Shown one piece after another: positions 16,933 through 25,719 of a stretch of 64,000 nt of DNA. The translations under genes were made by a program, and so were the position numbers. Each line of letters begins with the position of its first letter. Positions within the stretch are counted from its first letter, which is position 1. This DNA is from a virus (Duplodnaviria > Caudoviricetes): the IMG/VR virus record IMGVR_UViG_2693429820_000003; one strand, written 5' to 3'. The notes beneath the pieces were generated by a model. The model did no database searches and was not told where the DNA came from. It saw nothing but the letters and a program-made list of their open reading frames with translations.

Positions 16933-18024
16933 TTGAAGCAGATTCCGATTACCGATGCCATTCGAACACAGCTGATCGCAGCTGTTGGCGATGATGACAT
17001 CGAAGTCAATAACCTTGCCGTGTACGAGGCGACTGCCCTCAACACGAAGCCCATTCGGAAGAACCACCCGCTCTATAAGGGTGCGCATCACTCCACACAG
17101 TTCCTGCACGAAATGTCGAACCAGCTCGCTCTAGAGAGCTTGCCGCTCCATATCATGCACAACACGTACACCGGCGAGCTGCCTCTCGGTCGCGTATTTC
17201 ACAGCGAAGTGCTCAACGGCGACGAGCTTCGCGTTCTCTTCTGGGTCGACAAGACGAATGAAGACGTCGTCAAGCTGATCGACAACAGCACGGTCGATCA
17301 GGTGTCCGTCTCGGTTCTGCCGAAGGCGGCCACCTGCAACATGTGTGGTTTCGACTTTCTCGGCTCGGAAGCGACGCTCGACCACTTCTACTCAGGAACG
17401 GACCCGAAGGGTCACGTGATGGGTGAGAACGGCGCGCACGTCAACCTGCACAACCTCGATCAGTGGTTCGAGATGAGCCTCGTCAATCGAGGTGGCGCCA
17501 CCGGTGCGCGCATCGCGAACCGCAAGTCCTCCCACTTCAGCGAAGCACGCCTGGCCGCAAGCGGCCCGGCAGCCTTGCTGGCGACTTTGAACCTCTCTGA
17601 AAGCGATTTGGAGACCCCCGGCATGGATATGGAAAAATTTCTGGAAGGCCTGACGAAGACGACTGCCGATCTGGCACTCGCCCAGGCCTCCAACACGAGC
17701 AAAGACGGCGAGATCACCGTTCTAAAGGCGAAGGTCACGGAGCTTGAAGCGAAGCTCTCCGATGCCGCGAAGGGCGAAGACTTCAAGAAGACCGCCGAGA
17801 GCCTCGTTGCTGCTCTGACGTCCGCCGTCAAGAAGGCGCTGACCCTGACTGGTGATGCCACCACGCAGATCCCGACCGAAGTCCCTGCACTCATCACGCT
17901 CGCCGCCGAGAAGATCGAAGGCCTGAAGCTGAACGTCGCCGGGGCGCAGTCTGAATCCGCTGACGCCAACGACGGTGACAAAGCCGTCCGTATGAATTTC
18001 GCCGCTTTCAAGCGTCGCTCGTAA
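16933..18024 (+). CDS. Prohead protease/scaffold fusion
   Basis: LHIMH...PLGR, QVSVS, FEMSLVNRG protease-like motifs; coiled-coil C-terminal half; upstream of capsid. Confidence 0.75.
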   Translation: MKQIPITDAIRTQLIAAVGDDDIEVNNLAVYEATALNTKPIRKNHPLYKGAHHSTQFLHEMSNQLALESLPLHIMHNTYTGELPLGRVFHSEVLNGDELRVLFWVDKTNEDVVKLIDNSTVDQVSVSVLPKAATCNMCGFDFLGSEATLDHFYSGTDPKGHVMGENGAHVNLHNLDQWFEMSLVNRGGATGARIANRKSSHFSEARLAASGPAALLATLNLSESDLETPGMDMEKFLEGLTKTTADLALAQASNTSKDGEITVLKAKVTELEAKLSDAAKGEDFKKTAESLVAALTSAVKKALTLTGDATTQIPTEVPALITLAAEKIEGLKLNVAGAQSESADANDGDKAVRMNFAAFKRRS

Positions 18025-18041
18025 TCCAAGGAGCTTCATAG

Positions 18042-18488
18042 ATGTCTACGGCTTTTCACACCGGCGTCAAAACTGAATCGTTCTTCGATGAGGTTTGGAT
18101 TCGAACGATGAATTTGGCTGCGGCGATCACCGTTGCCGACGTCGGCAAGGCGCTCGCGATCGACGCGAGCGCAGCCAACACCGCGAAGCTCGCCGGCACC
18201 GACGATCACGTGATCGGTCGCCTCGAAACCTTTGAGGATCGCCAGACGGGCAAGGTTGGTGCCGTTTCTCGCAAGGGCCAGTTCAGTCTGCCGAAAACCG
18301 GCACCGTCAACGTTGGCGATTCTGTCGTTGGCAATGGCTCAGGCGTCGTCAAAGCCGCCGTCGTTGTGACCCCCACCACCGCCACCCCTTTCACCGCCGC
18401 GCAGACGAACAACCTGCGCGCCGTCGCGACGAACATCGTCCTCGAGGTCAACAACACGGCCAACACCGTCGTTGTTGAACTCAAGTAA
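18042..18488 (+). CDS. Head decoration/cement protein
   Basis: Small beta-rich protein between protease and capsid; AGGAG RBS. Confidence 0.65.
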   Translation: MSTAFHTGVKTESFFDEVWIRTMNLAAAITVADVGKALAIDASAANTAKLAGTDDHVIGRLETFEDRQTGKVGAVSRKGQFSLPKTGTVNVGDSVVGNGSGVVKAAVVVTPTTATPFTAAQTNNLRAVATNIVLEVNNTANTVVVELK

Positions 18489-18505
18489 TCTGGAGACAAC
18501 ATCTT

Positions 18506-19705
18506 ATGGCTTCGATCATCCACCCGCTGACTTCGATCCAGCGCGTTGCTCCGGAAGAACTCCTGGGCGGTTTGCGTGTCGACAACGCCCATAACTCCCG
18601 AGACGCCGGCCAGAAGCTGCTCTCGGAAGCGGCCAAGTACGGTCTCGCGATGCGCGACTACCTCCGCCTCGCCATCGACCCGTCCAAGTCGAACGAAAAA
18701 GACAAGTACGAAGGCCTGAATGGCTACGAGGCCGCGCTGGCTTACCTCCAGTTGCCGCTGAACGACGACTTCGACGGCGGCATTGTGCTCGACCTTGCGT
18801 CGGACACGTTCAACACCTATCCGGGCACCCGCGCGCTGTTCCCGGAAGTCGTCGACGATCTCGTCCAGTGGAAATACCGCCAGGACAACATCGAGAACGT
18901 CGGCGCCCTCGTCGCTTCGTCTCGCACGATTAACGGTACCGAATTGATCACGACAGTGGTCGATGACAAGCCGGGTGACTACCAGGGTACAGGCGTCATC
19001 GCGGAAATGGCCAACATTCCGGTTCGCTCCATCCGTACAAGCGATCACAGCGTTAAGATGTACAAGATCGGTGGCGGCTATCGTACCTCGTACGAATTCA
19101 GCCGTCGCGCCCGTCTTGACCTCCTGACGCCGTACGCCAACCGCATTGCGCGCGAACTCGAAATGTCGAAGGTCGGACATGCGACCAACCTGCTCATCAA
19201 CGGTGATGGCGTTCAAGCCGCCGCCCCCGTCGTGAACCAGTCGGCCTTCAACGGTGTCAACATCGGCAACTCCACGAACAGTCAGCTGAGCTACAAGCAC
19301 CTGCTGAAGTGGTTTGTGGCCCGTGCCAAGGCCGGCGTTCCACTGGACACGGTCGTCGGTAACTGGGACGCGTATGTGGACTGGCTGCTCATGTTCGCCC
19401 TGCCGATCTCCGACAATCGGGATCGGACGGCAGCCGAAAACCTCGCGCGTTCCGGCTTCCAAATCGGCGGCGTACCGATCCTCAACGGTCAGGTGAACTT
19501 TGCCTTGTCCTCGACGGCCGCCAACACCCAGCTGATCGGCATGACCAAGGGTGAGACCTTGGAAGAGCTGAAGGAAGCGGGCTCCATGATCCAAGAAGCA
19601 GACCGCGCGGTCGGCAACCAGACGGTCTCCTACTACAAGACCGAAGTCACCGGCTACCGACTGGTCTTTGGTGATACCCGCGAAATCTTCAACTACGCCG
19701 CCTAA
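18506..19705 (+). CDS. Major capsid protein
   Basis: 399 aa, synteny, strong codon bias, HK97-like segments (IAEMANIP, KIGGGYRTSYE, LINGDG), followed by a terminator. Confidence 0.88.
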   Translation: MASIIHPLTSIQRVAPEELLGGLRVDNAHNSRDAGQKLLSEAAKYGLAMRDYLRLAIDPSKSNEKDKYEGLNGYEAALAYLQLPLNDDFDGGIVLDLASDTFNTYPGTRALFPEVVDDLVQWKYRQDNIENVGALVASSRTINGTELITTVVDDKPGDYQGTGVIAEMANIPVRSIRTSDHSVKMYKIGGGYRTSYEFSRRARLDLLTPYANRIARELEMSKVGHATNLLINGDGVQAAAPVVNQSAFNGVNIGNSTNSQLSYKHLLKWFVARAKAGVPLDTVVGNWDAYVDWLLMFALPISDNRDRTAAENLARSGFQIGGVPILNGQVNFALSSTAANTQLIGMTKGETLEELKEAGSMIQEADRAVGNQTVSYYKTEVTGYRLVFGDTREIFNYAA

Positions 19706-19715
19706 AGGCAACATT

Positions 19716-19741
19716 GAGCCCCGGCGAGCCGGGGCTCTTTC
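19716..19741 (+). terminator. Terminator-like hairpin after the capsid gene
   Basis: GAGCCCCGGC-GA-GCCGGGGCTC-TTT. Confidence 0.7.
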
Positions 19742-19755
19742 ATATGGAGCGAACT

Positions 19756-20181
19756 ATGATTTTGGTGGAAACCGCCGGCAACTTCCAGCTTATGGACCCC
19801 ATGACGGGGGCGGTCATTCGGCACGAAGGCTACACCTGCGTACCCAATTCGTCCTTCATCGGTCAGAGGATTGCCCTCAATCAGGCCCATGTTGTGGCAG
19901 AGGTCAACAACGACGCCACGGATGCGGACTGGCGCGACACTGTCGAACAGAGCAAGGGCGACATCGAGTTGGCCATCGCAGCGTTTGTGGCTGAATTCCC
20001 CGTTCAGGGTAAAACGGAGGAAGCTGCCAAACTGAAGGCTGAGGCTGATGAGGCTGCAGAGGCCGCCCGCCTCAAGGCCGAAGCTGATGAAGCTGCCCGC
20101 CTCAAGGCTGAGGCTGAGACGAAGGCTAAAGCCGAGGCGGAAGCCAAGGGTCGAGGCAAACTCAGCCTCCCGAAGGGTTGA
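19756..20181 (+). CDS. Hypothetical protein with A/E/K-rich repeat tail
   Basis: GGAG RBS; LKAEADEAA repeats. Confidence 0.75.
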   Translation: MILVETAGNFQLMDPMTGAVIRHEGYTCVPNSSFIGQRIALNQAHVVAEVNNDATDADWRDTVEQSKGDIELAIAAFVAEFPVQGKTEEAAKLKAEADEAAEAARLKAEADEAARLKAEAETKAKAEAEAKGRGKLSLPKG

Positions 20182-20906
20182 TTAGCGTGGATGTGTTGGT
20201 CGGTACCGCCGCATCCATCTCCTTCCTCTTGCAGAGCCCGACTGGGGCTCTGCCTGCCGATGTCGGCAGCGTCACATGGTCTCTGTATGGCGGCAATGGC
20301 GCGCGGATATCTGGTCCAACTGCCATCACCACGGCGGCGATGCAGTCGGAAGTAATCGTTCCGCTCGCGCCCAGTGACCATACGATTACTGCTCCTGCAC
20401 GTTTCGAGCGCCGCACAGTCGTCCTCGACTGGCAGACCGATGGTGTTTCCCACACCTCCCGGCAGACTTACCGTGTCCTCCCCTTCCTGAATACCTCCGC
20501 CAACGCGGATGCTGTCCGCACCCTGCTGGCGTTGACGCCAGACGAGCTTCGGGATGAGGAGGTCGATATTGTCCGTGCTTATTTCCAGATTGAGAGTGAG
20601 GTTACTCAGGCCGTTCTGGACGTTGGCCTGTCCTCTGGCACTCTCATAGAGTTCTCGCTCAATCAGGCAATTGTCTGCGAAGCTGCTCTACCCTGCCTGA
20701 ACACGATTGAGCTACGTGCCGCAGCTGTGAACACGGATGGTGTCCAGAAGTTTGAGCGTTACAAAAGTGGCATCGACTTCGATGCCCTGCGCGCTCGGGT
20801 CCAAGGTATGAAGTTAGAAGCCCTCGATAGTGCCGCTGGCATCGAGATCGACGACCCGACCCTGGTCGTCCTGACCCAACCAACGGATGTGATCACAGGT
20901 GCGTAG
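20178..20906 (+). CDS. Putative head-tail adaptor
   Basis: Synteny after capsid; VRTLLALTPDEL helical segment. Confidence 0.55.
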   Translation: MISVDVLVGTAASISFLLQSPTGALPADVGSVTWSLYGGNGARISGPTAITTAAMQSEVIVPLAPSDHTITAPARFERRTVVLDWQTDGVSHTSRQTYRVLPFLNTSANADAVRTLLALTPDELRDEEVDIVRAYFQIESEVTQAVLDVGLSSGTLIEFSLNQAIVCEAALPCLNTIELRAAAVNTDGVQKFERYKSGIDFDALRARVQGMKLEALDSAAGIEIDDPTLVVLTQPTDVITGA

Positions 20907-21423
20907 TACTTCGGCCCGCTTCCGCGAATGGCTGACTTCCGAAACCGGTCTCAAGTTTGAGGGGACGTTGATGCCCCTCGACGACGGGGCAGCCAATACC
21001 ACAACCTTTCTGGAACCCCGGTTCGTCCTCCATACCAAGCCCAAGGAGCGAGTCTCGGTCGGGCAGACCTTCACCGACGCTCAAAAGCGGACCTTCCTCC
21101 TGGCTCAACATGACCAGCGGGCCGATCTCCGGCGCAGCTTCCGTTTATTCCAGATGACCGCAAAGGTAGCCTGGGGCCGCATGTCGGAAGTCACGGACCT
21201 CATCACAGGCTTAAAGAAGGGGGAGAAGGTTGATCCGCTTGGCAATATCTGGGTCAGCTTCGAACTCTATGGTCGAGAAGAGGTCGATCGTGTCCTCCAC
21301 ATTGGCATCGACCGGGTCCGGGTGGTTACCGGTGCGCCCGTCCAGCTGAACGACTACGTCGATGGCAAGCGTGTGTCCCGTCTAACCAAGGTCTTCGGGG
21401 TGTCCGTCCTGGAGATCACCTGA
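20899..21423 (+). CDS. Putative head closure protein
   Basis: Synteny, size, beta-rich. Confidence 0.5.
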   Translation: MRSTSARFREWLTSETGLKFEGTLMPLDDGAANTTTFLEPRFVLHTKPKERVSVGQTFTDAQKRTFLLAQHDQRADLRRSFRLFQMTAKVAWGRMSEVTDLITGLKKGEKVDPLGNIWVSFELYGREEVDRVLHIGIDRVRVVTGAPVQLNDYVDGKRVSRLTKVFGVSVLEIT

Positions 21424-22316
21424 TGGCTGTCAACATCAGGTTCAGTCTCCGTGTTGGCCGTCGAGGAGCGGGCAACACGAACCCTGCTGACAACGCGGCC
21501 ATCAAGGCCATGCAACAGAGATTGTCCAGCTACCAGATCTCAGCCGACAAGCCCTCTGAGAACAAGAAGGTGCAGCAGGAACTGCAGAACTGGATGATGA
21601 CGATCGCTGGGGGGATAGCAAGCCAGAAGGTGCGCAGTGCCATCATGGCCTCCAGGGATCAGATCGTTGCCGATCTGAACAACGACTTGGAGGAATACAC
21701 CAGGAAGGCAATCCAGTTCTTCACCAGTCGCCAGTCCTCCCACGTCGCCAACCGAAATATGGCCGCTCGTGATCTGCATCTGAGCCTCGATGATGTCGCC
21801 CCCTCTGGCTTCACCTCCTCGCTCCTGGACAAACGCCGCAGCGTGGTGTCCTGGAAGCCGCTACAACCCAAGACGATCAAGAAGAAGAGTGGAGACACGA
21901 CATTCTATGTCTTCTCCGGGGATCTGAAGAAGACCCTGAACTCCCGCCTACCGGGTATGTTCAAGGACATCCTCCATCCAGGCATCAAGCTATCGTTCGA
22001 CAAGAACAATGTCCTGAACGTTTCACCGACTTTGGCCACCACTGGCAAGGTCAGCGGACGGGCTGCCTTCATCCAGGGCCAGGTTTTCGATGGCAAGGAC
22101 ATCAACAATGTCCTGATCCGAAACTACCTCAAGAACCGTGTCGAGGAGCTAGGGGCAGACGTCGCCTACAAGCTTGGTGTCGGCAAAGGACAGAAGGAGG
22201 AGCCCAAGCGCCCTTGGGTCGACGCCACCGTCTCCTATTGGGCTTTGCGACGCTACCCCCATGTAATGGTCACCAGCGTCCGCAAACGAGTCAGCGAGGC
22301 CCTCAAAAATGTATAA
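21423..22316 (+). CDS. Putative neck/tail completion protein
   Basis: WKPLQPKTIKKK...SGDLKK...KRPW pattern of virion morphogenesis proteins; synteny. Confidence 0.55.
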   Translation: MAVNIRFSLRVGRRGAGNTNPADNAAIKAMQQRLSSYQISADKPSENKKVQQELQNWMMTIAGGIASQKVRSAIMASRDQIVADLNNDLEEYTRKAIQFFTSRQSSHVANRNMAARDLHLSLDDVAPSGFTSSLLDKRRSVVSWKPLQPKTIKKKSGDTTFYVFSGDLKKTLNSRLPGMFKDILHPGIKLSFDKNNVLNVSPTLATTGKVSGRAAFIQGQVFDGKDINNVLIRNYLKNRVEELGADVAYKLGVGKGQKEEPKRPWVDATVSYWALRRYPHVMVTSVRKRVSEALKNV

Positions 22317-22743
22317 GACCTGTCGCCTCTCCCTGATCCGTGCGGTCATGGACGCAGTATCTGGTCTCCAGAACCCAACCGGGAACCCACTCGAGTACAT
22401 CGATTGGGACGGACACACCGATTTTCAGAAACTACCCGCTTCGGACCTGATTGGCATCAGCGGCTTCGGCATGACTGAGAACGGTGGGCTCTACGATATC
22501 GTCTTTGGTATCTCGGTCTCGACGATCAATGACCCCAACATGTTCCGCACGACGGATTTCGTCGACGTTTTGCTCAAGCGGCTCAAGGGGGGAATGCAAT
22601 TCGATCTTTTGGACGCCAACGCGGACAAGATCGGAGTAGCTACTATGGTGGAAGGCACCTCAGCAATGCCGGTAGTTCGGGCCGAGGTCAGGAATGTCTT
22701 TACGGTGTCGGGGACAGCGGTGACTGGTGACCTTCCTGATTGA
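22309..22743 (+). CDS. Putative tail terminator
   Basis: 144 aa gene immediately before the major tail protein. Confidence 0.55.
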   Translation: MYKTCRLSLIRAVMDAVSGLQNPTGNPLEYIDWDGHTDFQKLPASDLIGISGFGMTENGGLYDIVFGISVSTINDPNMFRTTDFVDVLLKRLKGGMQFDLLDANADKIGVATMVEGTSAMPVVRAEVRNVFTVSGTAVTGDLPD

Positions 22744-22927
22744 TAAACTCGGCCAGCTTCACCAGCCGTCGCATATCCTCATCCCCAGCCGTCAGACCCA
22801 ACTCGATCAAGAAGAGTGCTTCAGCTGAGCTGGTGCGCAGGTTCTGCTGAGCCCGTGCCCGGATAATCTCCCGGAGCTGAACGGGCACCCTGATCGACAT
22901 AAACACGGTCTCTTCCGTCACCATCAT
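22700..22927 (-). CDS. Arc-like ribbon-helix-helix DNA-binding protein
   Basis: FMSIRVPVQLREIIRARAQQNLRTSSAEALFLIELGL matches the Arc/Mnt pattern; AGGAG RBS. Confidence 0.8.
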   Translation of the reverse strand: MMVTEETVFMSIRVPVQLREIIRARAQQNLRTSSAEALFLIELGLTAGDEDMRRLVKLAEFINQEGHQSPLSPTP

Positions 22928-22933
22928 CTCCTG

Positions 22934-22949
22934 TAACACGGCATAACAC
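22934..22949. promoter_or_regulatory. TAACACGGCATAACAC direct-repeat site, copy 2
   Basis: Abuts the RBS of the Arc-like gene, in the divergent gap before the major tail gene. Confidence 0.6.
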
Positions 22950-23027
22950 GCCACTCGTTGTAGGTGGGAATCCACGATTCCATTTGCAAGCCAGCGAATT
23001 CTTTGCCCTTTCCTTCGGAGTGGCTAC

Positions 23028-23828
23028 ATGGCTGGTACAGCAAAAACCGAACAGTTTATGTTTTCTGTCGCGACCCTAATGGTGGGTCCGCAGACTGATC
23101 TTCTGAAGCTCAACGTCAATGACAACTCTCTCGGCCTCGTCAAGAACGTGTCCTGCGAGTCCAGCCCGCAGCTGGTCGAGCTGACCCAGGGCATCCAGAA
23201 CGACGTGGCTTTCTCCGCCGCCAACGATATGCAGATCAAATGCTCGGCCGAAGTCTACGAGTTCACCGCGCGCAACATCGCCTATGGTCTTTCGCTGGAC
23301 GCCAGCTCCCCGACCTCGTTCGCCACCCAGCCGGCGCCGCTTCCGCTGCAGGCCCCCGTGGCCGCTGCAGCGACGACCTTCATCCTAACCGGTGATCAGA
23401 CGACCACTTTCCAGGCGGGAAAATGGGGCTACCTGCAGGAAGGCACCGACGATTACTTGCATATCTTCAAGGTGCTCTCGTCTGCGTACTCGACGAACAC
23501 CACGGTCACGATTACCGGCTATGCTGTCCCCACGGGGATGTCGTTTTCGACGGCCAATGGCCGCGCGGGCATCTTCAACAAGATCGACGCAAACCCTGAT
23601 GCTGCCAACGCCCCGCTTGCGTGCCGCATCACCGGTACCATGATCGCCAACAAGCGCCCCGTTCAGATCATCTTCCCCAAGATCAAGATCACGAAGGGCT
23701 TCTCGATGAAGTTCGCGAACGACAACTTCCACAACTTGCCGTTCGAATTCACGCCTTATGTCCCGCTCCCGACCGATCCGGGCTACAACGCGGACTTTGT
23801 CAAGCGTATGTCGGTCCTCTGGCCGTAA
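23028..23828 (+). CDS. Major tail (tube) protein
   Basis: SLGLVKNVS...EFTARNIAYGL...LPFEFTP; synteny; followed by a terminator. Confidence 0.8.
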   Translation: MAGTAKTEQFMFSVATLMVGPQTDLLKLNVNDNSLGLVKNVSCESSPQLVELTQGIQNDVAFSAANDMQIKCSAEVYEFTARNIAYGLSLDASSPTSFATQPAPLPLQAPVAAAATTFILTGDQTTTFQAGKWGYLQEGTDDYLHIFKVLSSAYSTNTTVTITGYAVPTGMSFSTANGRAGIFNKIDANPDAANAPLACRITGTMIANKRPVQIIFPKIKITKGFSMKFANDNFHNLPFEFTPYVPLPTDPGYNADFVKRMSVLWP

Positions 23829-23839
23829 TACGCTCTACG

Positions 23840-23875
23840 CGCCCCGGCAGCCACCTCCCTGCCGGGGCGTTTTTT
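23840..23875 (+). terminator. Rho-independent terminator
   Basis: CGCCCCGGCAG...CTGCCGGGGCG-TTTTTT. Confidence 0.88.
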
Positions 23876-23900
23876 ATTGTCTATATTCTGTCCTTCAGAC

Positions 23901-24380
23901 TCAAAAGAAAAGTACGATATCCCCGGGCCAGAGCCGCTTCGGTACACATGACCATTTTTGATCCCGGATCAAAGGAAGCACATCATACGCCGTAAGGTAG
24001 TCATTGAAGGCAGTAGGGGTCGCCGTCACATTGTAGACAAAGGCCTTTGTCTTCTTGTACGGAATTACCACGTTTAAAGGTAACGAGTTAGCTATACACT
24101 CTTCAGCCGTCTGCCCTGTGTGTTTTAGATCGTGAAACGTGTCAGCTTTAACAGCCTTTGTAGAGACGTTCGGTAGTCGGTCAACAACGGCTCTGGGTAG
24201 TTCGACGTACTGGTCATACTTCGTTTCAGGACTCAAACAGCGAAAGCACCTTTGCTGATGCAGCTCCCCAGTATCTGGCGCAATGTGATAGCAGGCTAGA
24301 ACAACGATACCCTCCTGACGCTCCCGAATAACTCGGTAAGGTGCGGTTTTCGGGTTCTGATTACGGTACCGTCGATACAA
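23901..24380 (-). CDS. Hypothetical moron-like protein
   Basis: Antisense to the tail operon, lower GC, GGAGG RBS before TTG. Confidence 0.55.
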   Translation of the reverse strand: MYRRYRNQNPKTAPYRVIRERQEGIVVLACYHIAPDTGELHQQRCFRCLSPETKYDQYVELPRAVVDRLPNVSTKAVKADTFHDLKHTGQTAEECIANSLPLNVVIPYKKTKAFVYNVTATPTAFNDYLTAYDVLPLIRDQKWSCVPKRLWPGDIVLFF

Positions 24381-24414
24381 TCCGCCCCTCCTAAGGGATT
24401 GGCCCCAAGCAGCG

Positions 24415-24912
24415 TCATTCGGCGTGCGCGGTCACGCTCCAAGTCCTATCCTTCTTACTCTGGCTAACATACACGGTAACGCCAGCGGATGCGGCCGACC
24501 CGTTCGCATAGCCAAGAGCAAAAAAGCGATCCAAGGCCCTCTGAACAATGCCCGTATCCGCTCGACTAGAAAGCGCACGCACCATCACTCGGCCAACGTC
24601 CACCACAACCCCGCGCTGATACGGGCTCAATAACGCCCGTTCAGAGATACCGGTGATCATTGTGGACGTAACATCCACTTGCTGATGATTGACAATGGCT
24701 GTCAGAGTTACCTTACCGGTGTTGAATCTGCAGAAAGCTGCGTGGTCGGACTTACAGGTTGTTGGCACGAAGCGGGCGGGCGAACCAATGCTCAAAGCAG
24801 CCCTGTTTAGGTCACCACCGAAGTCTCGAGGCACAGGTGGTCCAGCTTGAGCTACGGTCGTGCTCAGCACCACCCCCAGACCCAAAGTCCAGGCTACAAT
24901 TCCTTTTCTCAC
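24415..24912 (-). CDS. Exported protein with signal peptide (moron)
   Basis: MRKGIVAWTLGLGVVLSTTVAQA signal peptide with AQA cleavage site; one Cys pair. Confidence 0.7.
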   Translation of the reverse strand: MRKGIVAWTLGLGVVLSTTVAQAGPPVPRDFGGDLNRAALSIGSPARFVPTTCKSDHAAFCRFNTGKVTLTAIVNHQQVDVTSTMITGISERALLSPYQRGVVVDVGRVMVRALSSRADTGIVQRALDRFFALGYANGSAASAGVTVYVSQSKKDRTWSVTAHAE

Positions 24913-25063
24913 TTATTACCCCCACTCGTTCAGCCCAATCCGAGGATATAGGACCGAGATTCACCGGGTCAATCCACCTCGACGCTGAACTTTCTCCCTC
25001 ACCTATATGTTGGTACCTCTCACTATCCCCAAATCCTCCGAGAAGTCATACCCGGAGGTATTT

Positions 25064-25462
25064 GTGGCTGAACCCAGAATTCATCTGAAGAAAGAGGGGG
25101 ACGGAGAGGTCGAAGTCTTTATGAGCTTCGGTCTCCAGGACCAGTGCGCGCAGCTGATTGGTAGCGCCGAAAATATCGCCCGCGTCACCGAAATCCAGGG
25201 GCTCGTCATGGCTCTGGTGACCTGCGCGCTGGTACCTCGCACGACATTCGGACGCCCCACCGTTGACGTCGAAAGTTTCGACCCCCCTGGCATTTCTCCT
25301 GAAGAGATCGAGCGGCTTCTCGACTGGGTGTTGGAGCACACCCTCGATTTTTTCGTACGACAGCTCAACTCCAGATCGAAGCTGGCGTTGAGCAAAAAAG
25401 AGACTTTGAAGGAAATCAACTCCTCATTGATTTCTATCGCGGACGAAGTTTCGAAGACCTGA
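25064..25462 (+). CDS. Tail assembly chaperone (gpG-like)
   Basis: GGAGG RBS, GTG start, upstream of tape measure, slippery T-TTT-TTC at 25348-25354. Confidence 0.8.
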   Translation: MAEPRIHLKKEGDGEVEVFMSFGLQDQCAQLIGSAENIARVTEIQGLVMALVTCALVPRTTFGRPTVDVESFDPPGISPEEIERLLDWVLEHTLDFFVRQLNSRSKLALSKKETLKEINSSLISIADEVSKT

Positions 25463-25719
25463 TCGTGCTGACCTTGAAGGTTCAGCCTTCAAGTCTCGCC
25501 ACAGTCTATTGGTCCCACACATTGAAAGACCTGCAACGACTGACCGATCTGCACATCCAGACCGAGTTAGCGAGGGTGTTCTCGGTAACAGAGAGCCTTC
25601 AAATCGTTGCAGGTCAAATATTCGGAACGAAGGACGGAGGTAGAAGCAGCACTTCTGGTGGCGGAAACGTCAATATCGTCACTGGGCCCGAGAACTTTGA
25701 CGCGTCGAGGTATGCATAG
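25348..25719 (+). CDS. Tail assembly chaperone frameshift extension (gpGT-like, -1 frame)
   Basis: The -1 frame is open from the slippery site into ORF 25465-25719. Confidence 0.75.
   Translation, partial: FFRTTAQLQIEAGVEQKRDFEGNQLLIDFYRGRSFEDLIVLTLKVQPSSLATVYWSHTLKDLQRLTDLHIQTELARVFSVTESLQIVAGQIFGTKDGGRSSTSGGGNVNIVTGPENFDASRYA

Noticed and set aside
18206-19714. 502-aa antisense ORF over the capsid gene
   Set aside because: Shadow of a strongly codon-biased gene; no RBS or domain
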